Positions 28,620 through 37,764 of a stretch of DNA of 64,000 nt are shown in pieces. Position 1 is the stretch's first letter; each line of letters opens with the position of its first letter. This DNA comes from an uncultured Clostridia bacterium. GTDB lineage: Bacteria > Bacillota > Clostridia > Christensenellales > UBA1242. The stretch lies in NCBI GenBank assembly GCA_934746715.1, contig CAKVFI010000001.1:135653-199652 (forward strand), in the 5' to 3' direction. The translations under genes and the position numbers were made by a program. The notes under the pieces were generated by a model. It saw nothing but the letters and a program-made list of their open reading frames with translations, was not told the origin of the DNA and made no database searches.

Positions 28620-28906
28620 ATGATTTATGAAAACAATAATATTGATAAACTTGTAAATGACATTTACAAACCACATCAAAATGAATCACAAAAAAGTTCA
28701 GTAATAAAATCGTTACAGAAAAAAGAGCCTAGACACTTAAAGCTTCAAACAACTTAATATCTGCGATTGAACAAGGTGTTGTAACCGAACAAACAAAAAT
28801 AAGATTAAAAGCATTAGAAAGTCAAATATCTCAATACGACTTTGATATTGAACAAACAAAACATAACGCCTTAAAGTTTTGGTGTTTTGATATTATTAAT
28901 TTAGTC
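28620..28906 (+). pseudogene. Frameshifted C-terminal fragment of a large serine recombinase (tentative)
   Basis: Two frames read MIYENNNIDKLVNDIYKPHQNESQKSSVIKSLQKKEPRHLKLQTT* and then NNLISAIEQGVVTEQTKIRLKALESQISQYDFDIEQTK. The second resembles the conserved L-x-AIEQGI...RL-x-LE coiled-coil tail of large serine recombinases. No catalytic domain is present. Confidence 0.35.
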
Positions 28907-28954
28907 TAGTAACATTTGAAAAGTTTTAAGCATTATAAATTTAAAGGTGAAAAT

Positions 28955-29926
28955 ATGAAATATAATATTGCAATAATTGGTTCAACTGGTTTGGTTGGGC
29001 GCAACACTTTGCAAATTCTTGTTGAGCAAGGTTTGGTTGAACACAACTACTATTTGTTTGCAAGTGCTAGGTCTGTTGGCAAAACACAAAAAATTGGAAA
29101 AAACAAACATATTGTGCAGTTGCTTAACAAAGAAAATTTGCTTAATCGCCATTTTGATTTTGCGCTGTTTTGCACAAGAGAAAACATCAGCAAAACATAT
29201 GTAAAATTGCTTGCAAAAAGAGGCACTAAAGTTATAGATTTTTCTTCTGCTTTTAGAAAAAACTATCCACTTATTGTGCCAGAAATCAATTTTGATGATA
29301 TTGGCAACAGCAACATAATTTGCAATCCAAACTGCTCCACCATTCAAAGCGTGGTAGCATTAAATAACATAAGCAAAAAGTTTGGGCTTACTGATATTGT
29401 TTTTTCCACATATCAAGCGGTTAGCGGGGCTGGCAAAAATGCAATTGATGATTTAACGCAAACAAACCCACGCAAATTAAAAAAATTAGATTATCCAATT
29501 GTAAACAATGCTATACCTTACATTGGCGATATTGACAAATTTGGCTACTGCGTTGAAGAAAACAAAATGATGTTTGAAACTGCAAAAATTTTGCATCTTT
29601 CTAACACAAACATCATTGCAAATTGTGTGCGCATACCTGTTAAAAATTGTCATCTTGTAAGTGTTGTTTTTAAAACGTACAAGTCATCAACTTTAAAACA
29701 AATTCAATCAATTTTAAGCAAAAGCAAAGGAGTTTGTTTTGCCCAAAACATTTTGCCCATGCCAATCAATGCAAACAACAAAAATGATGTTATTGTAGGC
29801 AGATTGAAAAATCACAAAAATTTAAAAAATTGTTTTTCGTTTTTTGTTTGCGGCGACAATTTGCGCAAAGGAGCAAGTTTAAACGCTGTGCAAATTTTGA
29901 AAAATTTAATACAAAAAAACAATTAA
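28955..29926 (+). CDS. asd: Aspartate-semialdehyde dehydrogenase
   Basis: Start at ATG 28955 (MKYNIAIIGSTGLVG) behind AAAGGTG. Active-site NPNCSTIQ, SGAGK. Confidence 0.9.
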   Translation: MKYNIAIIGSTGLVGRNTLQILVEQGLVEHNYYLFASARSVGKTQKIGKNKHIVQLLNKENLLNRHFDFALFCTRENISKTYVKLLAKRGTKVIDFSSAFRKNYPLIVPEINFDDIGNSNIICNPNCSTIQSVVALNNISKKFGLTDIVFSTYQAVSGAGKNAIDDLTQTNPRKLKKLDYPIVNNAIPYIGDIDKFGYCVEENKMMFETAKILHLSNTNIIANCVRIPVKNCHLVSVVFKTYKSSTLKQIQSILSKSKGVCFAQNILPMPINANNKNDVIVGRLKNHKNLKNCFSFFVCGDNLRKGASLNAVQILKNLIQKNN

Positions 29927-30042
29927 AAATTATTAGTATCAATTTGTAAAATAAACAAATAAAAATCAAAAAATTAATATTTTTTAAATTTTTTAACAAA
30001 AAAACAGCAAAAATTAAATTATTTTGTTGTTTTTTTTAAAAA

Positions 30043-30585
30043 TTATTTAATTTTTATGATTTGTTTCTCAGTTACAATCAAATCCATTGGCACATCAAAA
30101 AGCATTGATTTAATATTTTCAACAACCTGAAAATCATAGCATATTGCAATTTTTATTGAAGTTTTTGCTTTTAAAAATTTGTCATAAAATCCGCCGCCAT
30201 AACCCAATCTGTTTCCTTTTTTGTCAACTGCCAAGCAAGGCACAATCGCAACAAAATCATCAATATTTTTAGGCACACCAACTGGCTCATTTATTCCAAA
30301 TTTATTAGTTTTAAAATTGGTTGTTTTTTCAATTTTGATTGCAACCATATTTTCACCTTGCACTTTTGGCAAAAACACAAGTTTGTTGTTATCAATCAAA
30401 AACTGAATAATTTCATCAGTTTTAACTTCACAATTAAAACTATTGTAAACAAAAAACTTGGTTTTGTTTACTTTTTGCAAAATTGGTTTTAAATTTAAAA
30501 ATATTTGATGAGATAGCTTTTTTATTATCTCACCACCCAACTGGTTTCTTAAATTTTTAAATTCAACTCTCAACTCATTTTTCAT
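30043..30585 (-). CDS. 5-formyltetrahydrofolate cyclo-ligase
   Basis: RLGYGGGFYDKFL and the overall MTHFS layout. Confidence 0.85.
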   Translation of the reverse strand: MKNELRVEFKNLRNQLGGEIIKKLSHQIFLNLKPILQKVNKTKFFVYNSFNCEVKTDEIIQFLIDNNKLVFLPKVQGENMVAIKIEKTTNFKTNKFGINEPVGVPKNIDDFVAIVPCLAVDKKGNRLGYGGGFYDKFLKAKTSIKIAICYDFQVVENIKSMLFDVPMDLIVTEKQIIKIK

Positions 30586-30600
30586 TTAAAGCAGTATATC

Positions 30601-30634
30601 AAAAACAAAAAAGATAGGCAATTAAATGCCTATC
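30601..30634 (-). terminator. Intrinsic terminator after ndk
   Basis: GATAGGCA-loop-TGCCTATC (30613-30634), followed on the minus strand by TTTTTTGTTTTT. Confidence 0.7.
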
Positions 30635-30662
30635 TTAAACAAATTGTTTAATTTTATAATTA

Positions 30663-31106
30663 TTAAAGACTTTTTGTTGCAGTGTCAACCAAATCTTCAA
30701 AGATTGCGATTTCACGTTTTGCGCTGTCCACACTATCTGATGCATGAACAACATTTTCAGTTACACGCAACGGAAGGTTCATGATAACAGGTATATCATA
30801 TCTTATTGTGCCTTTAACCGGATTTTTTGTGGATCCAACCAAACCACGGATTGTTGCAATTGCATTTTCACCAACAACAATCATGCCATATGCTTTGTCG
30901 CTTGTGATATATGCTTCCAATTCTGGATAAAAACCTTTGCCTACGTGTTCAGCATAATGTTGTTTTGCGTGGTCAGCATCATAATTAATGTAATCCGCTT
31001 GTTCAATTTTTAAACCTGCTGATTCCAATCTACGTCTAACTTCTTCAATAACAAACTTGCTGTTTGCAAATTCTGGTTTAACCATAACATAAGATCTTTC
31101 TTTCAT
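30663..31106 (-). CDS. ndk: Nucleoside diphosphate kinase
   Basis: ERSYVMVKPE, GSTKNPVKGTIRYD, catalytic His context NVVHASDS. Confidence 0.9.
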   Translation of the reverse strand: MKERSYVMVKPEFANSKFVIEEVRRRLESAGLKIEQADYINYDADHAKQHYAEHVGKGFYPELEAYITSDKAYGMIVVGENAIATIRGLVGSTKNPVKGTIRYDIPVIMNLPLRVTENVVHASDSVDSAKREIAIFEDLVDTATKSL

Positions 31107-31156
31107 ATTAACCTACCTTTTTGTTGTTGTCATTATAAACCACAACAAACATTTTG

Positions 31157-31927
31157 TCAATCAATATCGTTTAAATAGGCATCAACGATTATTTGATTCT
31201 TTTCGCTTTGTTCAATTATTGCTGCTTCCAAATTTGAGTTGTATTTTTTTATTTTTTCTGCAATTTTTTGCTTGTGAAATTTGTAAAGTTCTTCATTTTG
31301 CTCCCACCAATGAGTGTGAGGCAAATATAAAGTATATCCGTCTTCATCCTTGCAAAAAGCAAACAATGTGTCCTGATTTTTAAAACTGCCAAAACCTTTA
31401 ATTATATCAAGCCATGTTTTTGGAGTGTATTGTGAATCTATGCTTATATATTTATTATGAGTTGAGCGTTTGTTGAGCAAAGCATCAAGTTTTTGGTTCC
31501 AGCCTCTTTTTTCCTTTGAATATTGAGATGAGCAAAATTCAACTGTTTTGCCATCAACAACAATATATTTTGGAAAGGCCAACACAACAACAGGATATTC
31601 ATCTTTATACTTTTTAAAATTGTGATAGTCGTAATTTATAATTTTGTCGATTGTGGTTTTATCCACACTTGAACCCATTTTGCACAATGTGCCATCAACT
31701 GAGCCATAATGGTAAGCAGAAAGCCCAGATTTAATAACTGATTTCAATTTTAATTGTGGATTGCTATCCCCTGCTTCTTGTCTGTAATCATTAATTTGAT
31801 GAGCATACAAAATCATTTCATCTTTTTGCTTAAAACTTTCAAGATACGATGTTATTGCTTGTTTCAATTCTTCCATTGAATTGAAATGCAATTTTTCTTT
31901 TTCATTCACTTTTGATACTAAATTCAT
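31157..31927 (-). CDS. Hypothetical protein (256 aa)
   Basis: The start is moved to ATG 31927 (MNLVSKVNEK), because the TTG at 31963 in the ORF track is the TTG of a TTGACA -35 box. I recognise no motif. Confidence 0.5.
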   Translation of the reverse strand: MNLVSKVNEKEKLHFNSMEELKQAITSYLESFKQKDEMILYAHQINDYRQEAGDSNPQLKLKSVIKSGLSAYHYGSVDGTLCKMGSSVDKTTIDKIINYDYHNFKKYKDEYPVVVLAFPKYIVVDGKTVEFCSSQYSKEKRGWNQKLDALLNKRSTHNKYISIDSQYTPKTWLDIIKGFGSFKNQDTLFAFCKDEDGYTLYLPHTHWWEQNEELYKFHKQKIAEKIKKYNSNLEAAIIEQSEKNQIIVDAYLNDID

Positions 31928-31933
31928 GCGTAT

Positions 31934-31963
31934 ATTATAATATCTGCCAATTAAAATTGTCAA
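31934..31963 (-). promoter_or_regulatory. Consensus promoter abutting an ATG (candidate leaderless start)
   Basis: On the minus strand: TTGACA (31963-31958), 18 nt, TATAAT (31939-31934), 6 nt (ATACGC), then ATG at 31927. Confidence 0.55.
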
Positions 31964-32057
31964 GTTGTCAATAAATCAAAATTATAGAAAATTAAAAATT
32001 TTTAACAAATAATTTTAATTTTTCATTTAATTATATAGATAAAGTTTTGGGGGAATT

Positions 32058-32915
32058 ATGAAATTTGAAACCTGCACTGCCCTTGTTACACCTTTTGACA
32101 AAAACAATAAAATTGACTATCCAGCCTTAAAAAAGCTGATTGACTTTCAAATTGAAAATAAGATTGATGCAATTTTGATTTTGGGCACAACTGGTGAAGC
32201 CGCAACAATCAGTCAAAAAGAGCGAAAAACAATAATAAAATTTTGTGTTGAACACATACACAAACGATGTTTGCTTTTTGTTGGCACCGGCAGCAATTCA
32301 ACCGCACAAGCAACAAAATTAACAAAGCAAGCAAAAATGTTTGGTGCAGACGCTGCTGTGGTTGTAACCCCTTACTACAACAAATGCACACAACTAGGTT
32401 TGATTGAACATTATAAAGCAATCAACAAATGCAAATTTCCTTTTATTGCTTACAATGTACCAAGCCGAACCGGAGTTAACATCGAGCCAAAAACTTTAAC
32501 ACAACTTGAAAGTTTAAGCCACATGATTGGTTTGAAAGAAGCAAGCGGAGATATCAATCAAATTTTGGAAGTTTTGCACATTCACAAAAAACCAGTGTAT
32601 AGTGGCAATGACAAATTTAATCATTTATTTTTAACACATGGCGGAAATGGTTGCATTAGCGTGGCAAGCAATGTTGTGCCTAATCTTGTTGTGAGCGCTT
32701 GGCAAAACAAAGGCATCAGTTTAAATTTGCACAATGCGTTGTTTGAATTAAACAATTTGTTGTTTTGTGAGGTTAATCCAATACCCGTAAAATTTGCATT
32801 GAACAAATTAAATTTGTGTGAAAATTTTTTGCGTAAACCATTAACAATATTAACAGAAATTAATCAAATAAAATTGAACAAATGTTTAAAACAAATAATA
32901 AATAAAATAAATTAA
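32058..32915 (+). CDS. dapA: 4-hydroxy-tetrahydrodipicolinate synthase
   Basis: ALVTPF, ILGTTGEAATIS, YNVPSRTG, GLKEASGD (Schiff-base Lys context). Confidence 0.92.
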   Translation: MKFETCTALVTPFDKNNKIDYPALKKLIDFQIENKIDAILILGTTGEAATISQKERKTIIKFCVEHIHKRCLLFVGTGSNSTAQATKLTKQAKMFGADAAVVVTPYYNKCTQLGLIEHYKAINKCKFPFIAYNVPSRTGVNIEPKTLTQLESLSHMIGLKEASGDINQILEVLHIHKKPVYSGNDKFNHLFLTHGGNGCISVASNVVPNLVVSAWQNKGISLNLHNALFELNNLLFCEVNPIPVKFALNKLNLCENFLRKPLTILTEINQIKLNKCLKQIINKIN

Positions 32916-33020
32916 AAAACACCAAAAATAAATAAAAATTTAAAATATTTGGCAATCTTTAAGCATATTTTTGCAAATTTATAACAAATTTTAATATTTT
33001 TAATCATCAAAGGAGAGTTA

Positions 33021-33668
33021 ATGAAAGTTTTATTGATTGGTGGTTTGGGCAAAATGGGCAGAGAAATGCAAAGTTTTATGAAACAAAACAATGTTGATTT
33101 TTTTGCTGTTGACAAGCAAAATTTTGATGAATGTTTTGATGTTGATTTTGATGTGGTTGTAGATTTTTCAAATGCCGAAAGTTTAAAACAAAACTTGGAT
33201 TTGGCAACAAAAAAACAAACGCCAATTTTGGTGGCAACAACAAATCACAACAAAACAAATGAACGCATGTTAAAACTTGCAAGCAAAAAAATTGCCGTTG
33301 CTATTTGCCCAAATTTGAGCATTGGCGTTATGTGTGTTTCCAAAATGCTTGAACAACTCACCCCTATCAATAGTTATGATTTTGTTTTGACAGAAACACA
33401 TCACAAACAAAAAAAAGATGCCCCCAGCGGAACCGCAAAGCAATTTATAAAAATACTTTCAAATCAAGGCATAACTCCACAAATTGTTTCAGTGCGGGCT
33501 GGCAAAATTGTTGGTGAACACACCATAAGCGCGATTGGAGAAAATGAAATTGTTGAAATCAAACACACTGCTCTATCTCGCGATTGTTTTTGTTTTGGTG
33601 CAATTGAGGTTTGCAAAAAGTTAATCACTAAACAGGCTGGACTTTACACAATAAAGGACTTGTTATGA
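33021..33668 (+). CDS. dapB: 4-hydroxy-tetrahydrodipicolinate reductase (short form)
   Basis: N-terminal GGLGKMG, signature ETHHKQKKDAPSGTA. Confidence 0.85.
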   Translation: MKVLLIGGLGKMGREMQSFMKQNNVDFFAVDKQNFDECFDVDFDVVVDFSNAESLKQNLDLATKKQTPILVATTNHNKTNERMLKLASKKIAVAICPNLSIGVMCVSKMLEQLTPINSYDFVLTETHHKQKKDAPSGTAKQFIKILSNQGITPQIVSVRAGKIVGEHTISAIGENEIVEIKHTALSRDCFCFGAIEVCKKLITKQAGLYTIKDLL

Positions 33669-34699
33669 TAGTTTGCAAATTTGGCGGAAGCGCAACAGCA
33701 AGCAAAAAAGCTGTGGAAAATATATTAAAATTAAAGAATAATGAACGAAAAATTTGGGTGTTTTCGGCAATAGGCAAAGAAAATATAACAGACAAAAAAT
33801 TAACCGATTTACTTATCGCCTACACTCGCAAAAACTGCAATAAAGCTAAAACAAAACAACAAATAAAAAACAAATTTAATCGCTTGATTGGTTTTACAAA
33901 AGTCAAACTTAATACCAACAAAATTGTTGATGAATATTGTTTTAAATTTGATTGCGATTTTGACAAAGATTATTTTGTTTCTCGTGGCGAATATTTAACA
34001 AGTTTGATAATGTCAAAATATTTAAATATTAAATTTGTTTCGGCTGAAAAATTAATTTTTTTAAAAAATAACAAAATCAATTATGAAAAAACAGAAAAAA
34101 TGCTAAAAAAATATATTATTAAGCATAAAAAATTGATTATTCCAGGATTTTTTGCTTGTAATGAAAATATTTCACACAAATCAAATGTGAATACAAATTC
34201 ACAAACTGCAATCCAAAAACAGCAGCCAATTCAAAAGAATATAAAACTTTTTAGTCGCGGTGGTAGTGATTTTTCTGCTTGTTTAATTGCAAAATGTTTG
34301 GGTTCAAACTGTTGTGAGATATGGACAGATGTTAACGGAATTTACCCCATAAACCCACAAGTTTGTAAATCAAAAATTATAAAAAATTTATCCTATAAAG
34401 ACTTGCACACTATGACACAATTTGATGCAAAAGTTGTGCACAAAGATTGTGCAAAACTATTGAATGGTTGTGACACGCAATTGATTGTAAAAAACATTTT
34501 AAATCCATATCAAACAGGTACTACTGTAACTTCATTTTGCGAAAAACAAACCAAATTTTTGGTATATAAAAACACCAAAGACACAACAAATTTCGTGTTG
34601 AAATTTAATAATAATGTACTATCATTCTCTACCCCTAAAAACAAATTTAAAAATGCTTTAAAAGCTTTAAAACTCATAAAAAGCAAATTCTCATTTTGA
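33665..34699 (+). CDS. Aspartate kinase-like amino acid kinase, apparently lacking typical ACT tandem domains
   Basis: VCKFGGSA, SRGGSDFSACLIA, IWTDVNGIYPINP. ATGA overlap with dapB. Only 344 aa, with an insert (NISHKSNVNTNSQTAIQKQQ). Confidence 0.7.
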   Translation: MIVCKFGGSATASKKAVENILKLKNNERKIWVFSAIGKENITDKKLTDLLIAYTRKNCNKAKTKQQIKNKFNRLIGFTKVKLNTNKIVDEYCFKFDCDFDKDYFVSRGEYLTSLIMSKYLNIKFVSAEKLIFLKNNKINYEKTEKMLKKYIIKHKKLIIPGFFACNENISHKSNVNTNSQTAIQKQQPIQKNIKLFSRGGSDFSACLIAKCLGSNCCEIWTDVNGIYPINPQVCKSKIIKNLSYKDLHTMTQFDAKVVHKDCAKLLNGCDTQLIVKNILNPYQTGTTVTSFCEKQTKFLVYKNTKDTTNFVLKFNNNVLSFSTPKNKFKNALKALKLIKSKFSF

Positions 34700-34828
34700 T
34701 AGACTTAACAAAAATTATCTAATTTGAATAGAATCGCTCATTTTGGTTGCAAAAATAATTTTAAATTGTTAAAATATTTAATAATATTTAAGTGATTTAA
34801 ACTATTATCACAAAAAATGGGAGATAGT

Positions 34829-35575
34829 ATGGAAAACGAAGATATCAACTTGATTGTTGGCAACAATTTGCAAAAATTGAGAAAAAACAAAAAATTGACT
34901 CAACTTGAGTTGGCAGACAAGTTTAACTATTCAGACAAATCAATTTCAAAATGGGAAAAAGGTGAATCTTTGCCAAGCATCGATGTTTTATATCAATTGG
35001 CAAGATTTTATGGCGTAACATTAGACGATTTAACAAGCGAAAAAGAGCCTACACCCACTCAATCTGAAGCCAAACAATCTTTCCGCGACAGATTGTTTCC
35101 AACAAAACTTATAATTTCATTGCTTGCTGTTAGTGCCATTTGGATCGCTGCAACAATTTGGTATATCACAAACAAAATTGTGGCTGGTGGGAATTTGTAT
35201 ATGCTGTTTTTATGGTCTATTCCTATCTCTTTTGTTGTTTTAATTATTTTCAATGCAATTTGGGGCAAACGACAATGGTTGTTTTGGATTTTATCCTTTT
35301 TGTTATGGTCATTTTTGGTTTGTTTACATTTGCAATTGATTGAATATCATGTTTGGATAATATACTTTGTTGGCATTCCGCTTCAAATTGCTGTTATCCT
35401 TGGAGGGGCACTACTCCGCAAACCAAAAGAAAAAAAGGAAAAACAACCTAAACCACCAAAGCCAGAAAAACCTAAAAAAGAAAAAAAACACAAAAAACAT
35501 AAACAGATTGATGATGTAAATGCTGAAGTTCAACGTTCAAATGAAACCGAAGCTGAAACAACCTTAAACAAGTAA
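34829..35575 (+). CDS. XRE-family HTH regulator fused to a four-helix membrane domain and a Lys/Pro-rich tail
   Basis: Start at ATG 34829 behind GGGAGA. HTH LTQLELADKFNYSDKSISKWEKGESLPSIDVLYQLARFYGVTLDDL; hydrophobic helices; tail KPKEKKEKQPKPPKPEKPKKEKKHKKHK. Confidence 0.7.
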   Translation: MENEDINLIVGNNLQKLRKNKKLTQLELADKFNYSDKSISKWEKGESLPSIDVLYQLARFYGVTLDDLTSEKEPTPTQSEAKQSFRDRLFPTKLIISLLAVSAIWIAATIWYITNKIVAGGNLYMLFLWSIPISFVVLIIFNAIWGKRQWLFWILSFLLWSFLVCLHLQLIEYHVWIIYFVGIPLQIAVILGGALLRKPKEKKEKQPKPPKPEKPKKEKKHKKHKQIDDVNAEVQRSNETEAETTLNK

Positions 35576-35796
35576 TGTTAATTTAAAAAGGCAATGTTTT
35601 ATCAATAAATATTGTCTTTTTTTTGTTTTATGTTTTAAAAATGCCCATAAATATATTAAAAATAATTTGTATTATATAAAAATTAATAAAATACAATCAC
35701 TCTAAAACGTCAAAAACAAATATTTTTACATTTTTGCGTATTTTGTTTTTAAAATCTTGTTGTTTGTTGTATAATTTAAATAGATAGGGGTCGAAT

Positions 35797-36531
35797 ATGA
35801 AATTAGTTTATGTGGTTGACAGTGTTACCGATATCAAAAACAAAATTGACATGTTGCAAACACGATTTGGCAATGAAATTTATTTTGTGGTTAAAAGTCC
35901 TTTTCAATCATTGTTTAAATCCTTTGGATACAATATCAATGCCGTTTATACCAAAAATTTGGCAAAAGTTTTGCACACAATGCTTTTAAAATGCACAACT
36001 GATGATTTCTTGCTCTGCTACTCTAGCTTAAAATTGGACAATCAATTGCTTAACAAATTTTTGGGCAAAATTGGCGATGGACGCAAGTTTGTTAACCTTG
36101 TTCCTAATTACAACGTCTTTGAGCAAATTGGAGATGGAATTTACAATATTTATGTAAAAACAATGTTTAAAAATAAAGATAGTTTGGCAAGCCCAAAACT
36201 CCAATATATTCCAAAAGAATATATGCTTGATTTGTTGTCTTCACATATCGCAAACAAGATGTTTGAAATAGACCCAAGATTTGTGATTAATGTTTATATT
36301 GAAGATAAGGAAATTAACAAGTCTGCAAAAATCAAATGTAAAACAAGCAGATTTATGCTAATCCCTGTTATCATTGCGCTTTTGCTTGCTGTTGCAACCA
36401 TCATAACTTTGGCATTTGTCCGCCCCAACTTTTTGTTTTGGTTGGTTATGGTATTCTTGCTTTTGCTGGATATTATCATTGCAATCATATTCACCTGCAA
36501 AAACAAATTTGACGCGAGATTTTTAAATTGA
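35797..36531 (+). CDS. Hypothetical protein with C-terminal TM helices
   Basis: SD AGGGG. I recognise no motif. The last codons and the stop lie inside the first copy of the 44-bp repeat. Confidence 0.45.
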   Translation: MKLVYVVDSVTDIKNKIDMLQTRFGNEIYFVVKSPFQSLFKSFGYNINAVYTKNLAKVLHTMLLKCTTDDFLLCYSSLKLDNQLLNKFLGKIGDGRKFVNLVPNYNVFEQIGDGIYNIYVKTMFKNKDSLASPKLQYIPKEYMLDLLSSHIANKMFEIDPRFVINVYIEDKEINKSAKIKCKTSRFMLIPVIIALLLAVATIITLAFVRPNFLFWLVMVFLLLLDIIIAIIFTCKNKFDARFLN

Positions 36532-36664
36532 GCGTTCTCAATACATTAGTGTTGAGTCGCGTATTTTTAAATTGAGCGTTCTCAATGCGTTAGCGTTGAG
36601 TCGCGTATTTTTAAATTGAGCGTTCTCAATGCGTTAGCGTTGAGTCGCGTATTTTTAAATTGAG
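36511..36664. repeat. 44-bp tandem repeat, about 3.5 copies
   Basis: TTTTAAATTGAG recurs at 36521, 36565, 36609 and 36653. The unit contains TTGAG-CGTT-CTCAA and CTCAA-N10-TTGAG. The first copy differs by three transitions. Confidence 0.93.
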
Positions 36665-36781
36665 ACCGATATAGCAAATGTTATAAAAAAAGATACACTC
36701 AACCAATTATACGGTTTAGTGTAACAAACTAGAATTAAAAAAAGGACTTGTTTAAAGCCCTTTTTTGTTTTACAAATTTAA

Positions 36782-37063
36782 TTAGATTTTTGCTTCTACT
36801 GTGGCAATCTTTCTGCCTCTAGCGTCACGTTTAAAACGAACAACGCCATCAATTAAAGCAAACAATGTGTAATCTTTGCCGCAACCAACGTTTGTTGATG
36901 GGTAGATTTTTGTGCCTCTTTGGCGAACAAGAATTGAACCTGCGTGAACAAATTGACCATCGCCAGCTTTAACGCCAAGACGCTTTGATTCACTATCACG
37001 ACCGTTCTTTGTGCTACCGCCACCTTTCTTGTGGGCAAACAATTGAATATTGAACTTAATCAT
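36782..37063 (-). CDS. rpmA: 50S ribosomal protein L27 with cleavable N-terminal extension
   Basis: [32 protein letters not shown]. Confidence 0.97.
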   Translation of the reverse strand: MIKFNIQLFAHKKGGGSTKNGRDSESKRLGVKAGDGQFVHAGSILVRQRGTKIYPSTNVGCGKDYTLFALIDGVVRFKRDARGRKIATVEAKI

Positions 37064-37065
37064 AG

Positions 37066-37377
37066 TTACTCCTTTATTTTAATGTACTTTTTGTAATCGT
37101 TTGCAATTTGTTTAAGAGCCAAATAAGCTGTTTTCATCAATATTTGTGCTTGACCATCTTCCGCTTCAACGCTTATGCGCAAAAATGGAATATTTTCATC
37201 AATTTGATAATCAACTTTTGCTTTAACCACTTCACGCAGACCATTCAATGTTGTTTGCATGATTGTGGAAACCGCACTGCACACAATATCTTGCCCAGCT
37301 TCTGCATATCCAGAATGACCTTTGGCTTGAATTGTGCAAATTGCATCGTTACTTTTTAAAATTGTTAAGTTAATCAT
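37066..37377 (-). CDS. prp: Ribosomal-processing cysteine protease Prp
   Basis: [18 protein letters not shown]; located between rplU and rpmA. Confidence 0.9.
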   Translation of the reverse strand: MINLTILKSNDAICTIQAKGHSGYAEAGQDIVCSAVSTIMQTTLNGLREVVKAKVDYQIDENIPFLRISVEAEDGQAQILMKTAYLALKQIANDYKKYIKIKE

Positions 37378-37378
37378 A

Positions 37379-37684
37379 TTAACCTATGCTTTCGATTGTA
37401 ATTTTTGTGTATGGTTGTCTGTGACCTTGTTTTTTACGCTCGTTCTTTTTAGCTTTGTACTTGTAAACTGTGATTTTTTTGTCCAAAACGTGTTCAACAA
37501 CTTTTGCACTTACAACAATATTTTTAACAACAGGATTGCCAATTTTTGATTTGCTGCCGTCAACAACCATAAGCACTGGGAAAGTTACAACTTCGCCAGC
37601 TTCAGCATTAAGACGGTCAACAACAAGAGTGTTTCCAACTTCAACTTTAAATTGTTTACCTGAAATATTTGCTATTGCGTACAT
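37379..37684 (-). CDS. rplU: 50S ribosomal protein L21
   Basis: MYAIANISGKQFKVEVGNTLVVD...HRQPYTKI; SD GGAGG. Confidence 0.97.
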   Translation of the reverse strand: MYAIANISGKQFKVEVGNTLVVDRLNAEAGEVVTFPVLMVVDGSKSKIGNPVVKNIVVSAKVVEHVLDKKITVYKYKAKKNERKKQGHRQPYTKITIESIG

Positions 37685-37758
37685 ACTAGTTACCTCCTAT
37701 AAAGACTCACTTTTAAGGCACTCCAAGAGTTTTAAAGCCTGTTCAATGTGGTACTACG
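37685..37758 (-). promoter_or_regulatory. 5-prime leader of rplU-prp-rpmA, possibly the Bacillota L21 leader element
   Basis: About 75 nt lie between a consensus promoter and the rplU SD, with pairing potential. Assigned by position only. Confidence 0.35.
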
Positions 37759-37764
37759 ATTTGT

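Larger units (their letters stand above)
24592..28910. mobile_element. Putative degraded genomic islet adjacent to tRNA-Ser
   Basis: Starts right after the tRNA. One large gene with visibly higher G+C and different codon choice than its neighbours, then about 1 kb without an intact ORF that contains a frameshifted recombinase-like fragment. No flanking att repeat found. Confidence 0.35.

Noticed and set aside
31964-32057. A lysine (L-box) riboswitch upstream of dapA, and likewise upstream of asd (28907-28954).
   Set aside because: The intergenic regions are under 100 nt, far shorter than an L-box of about 180 nt, and they lack its conserved helices.
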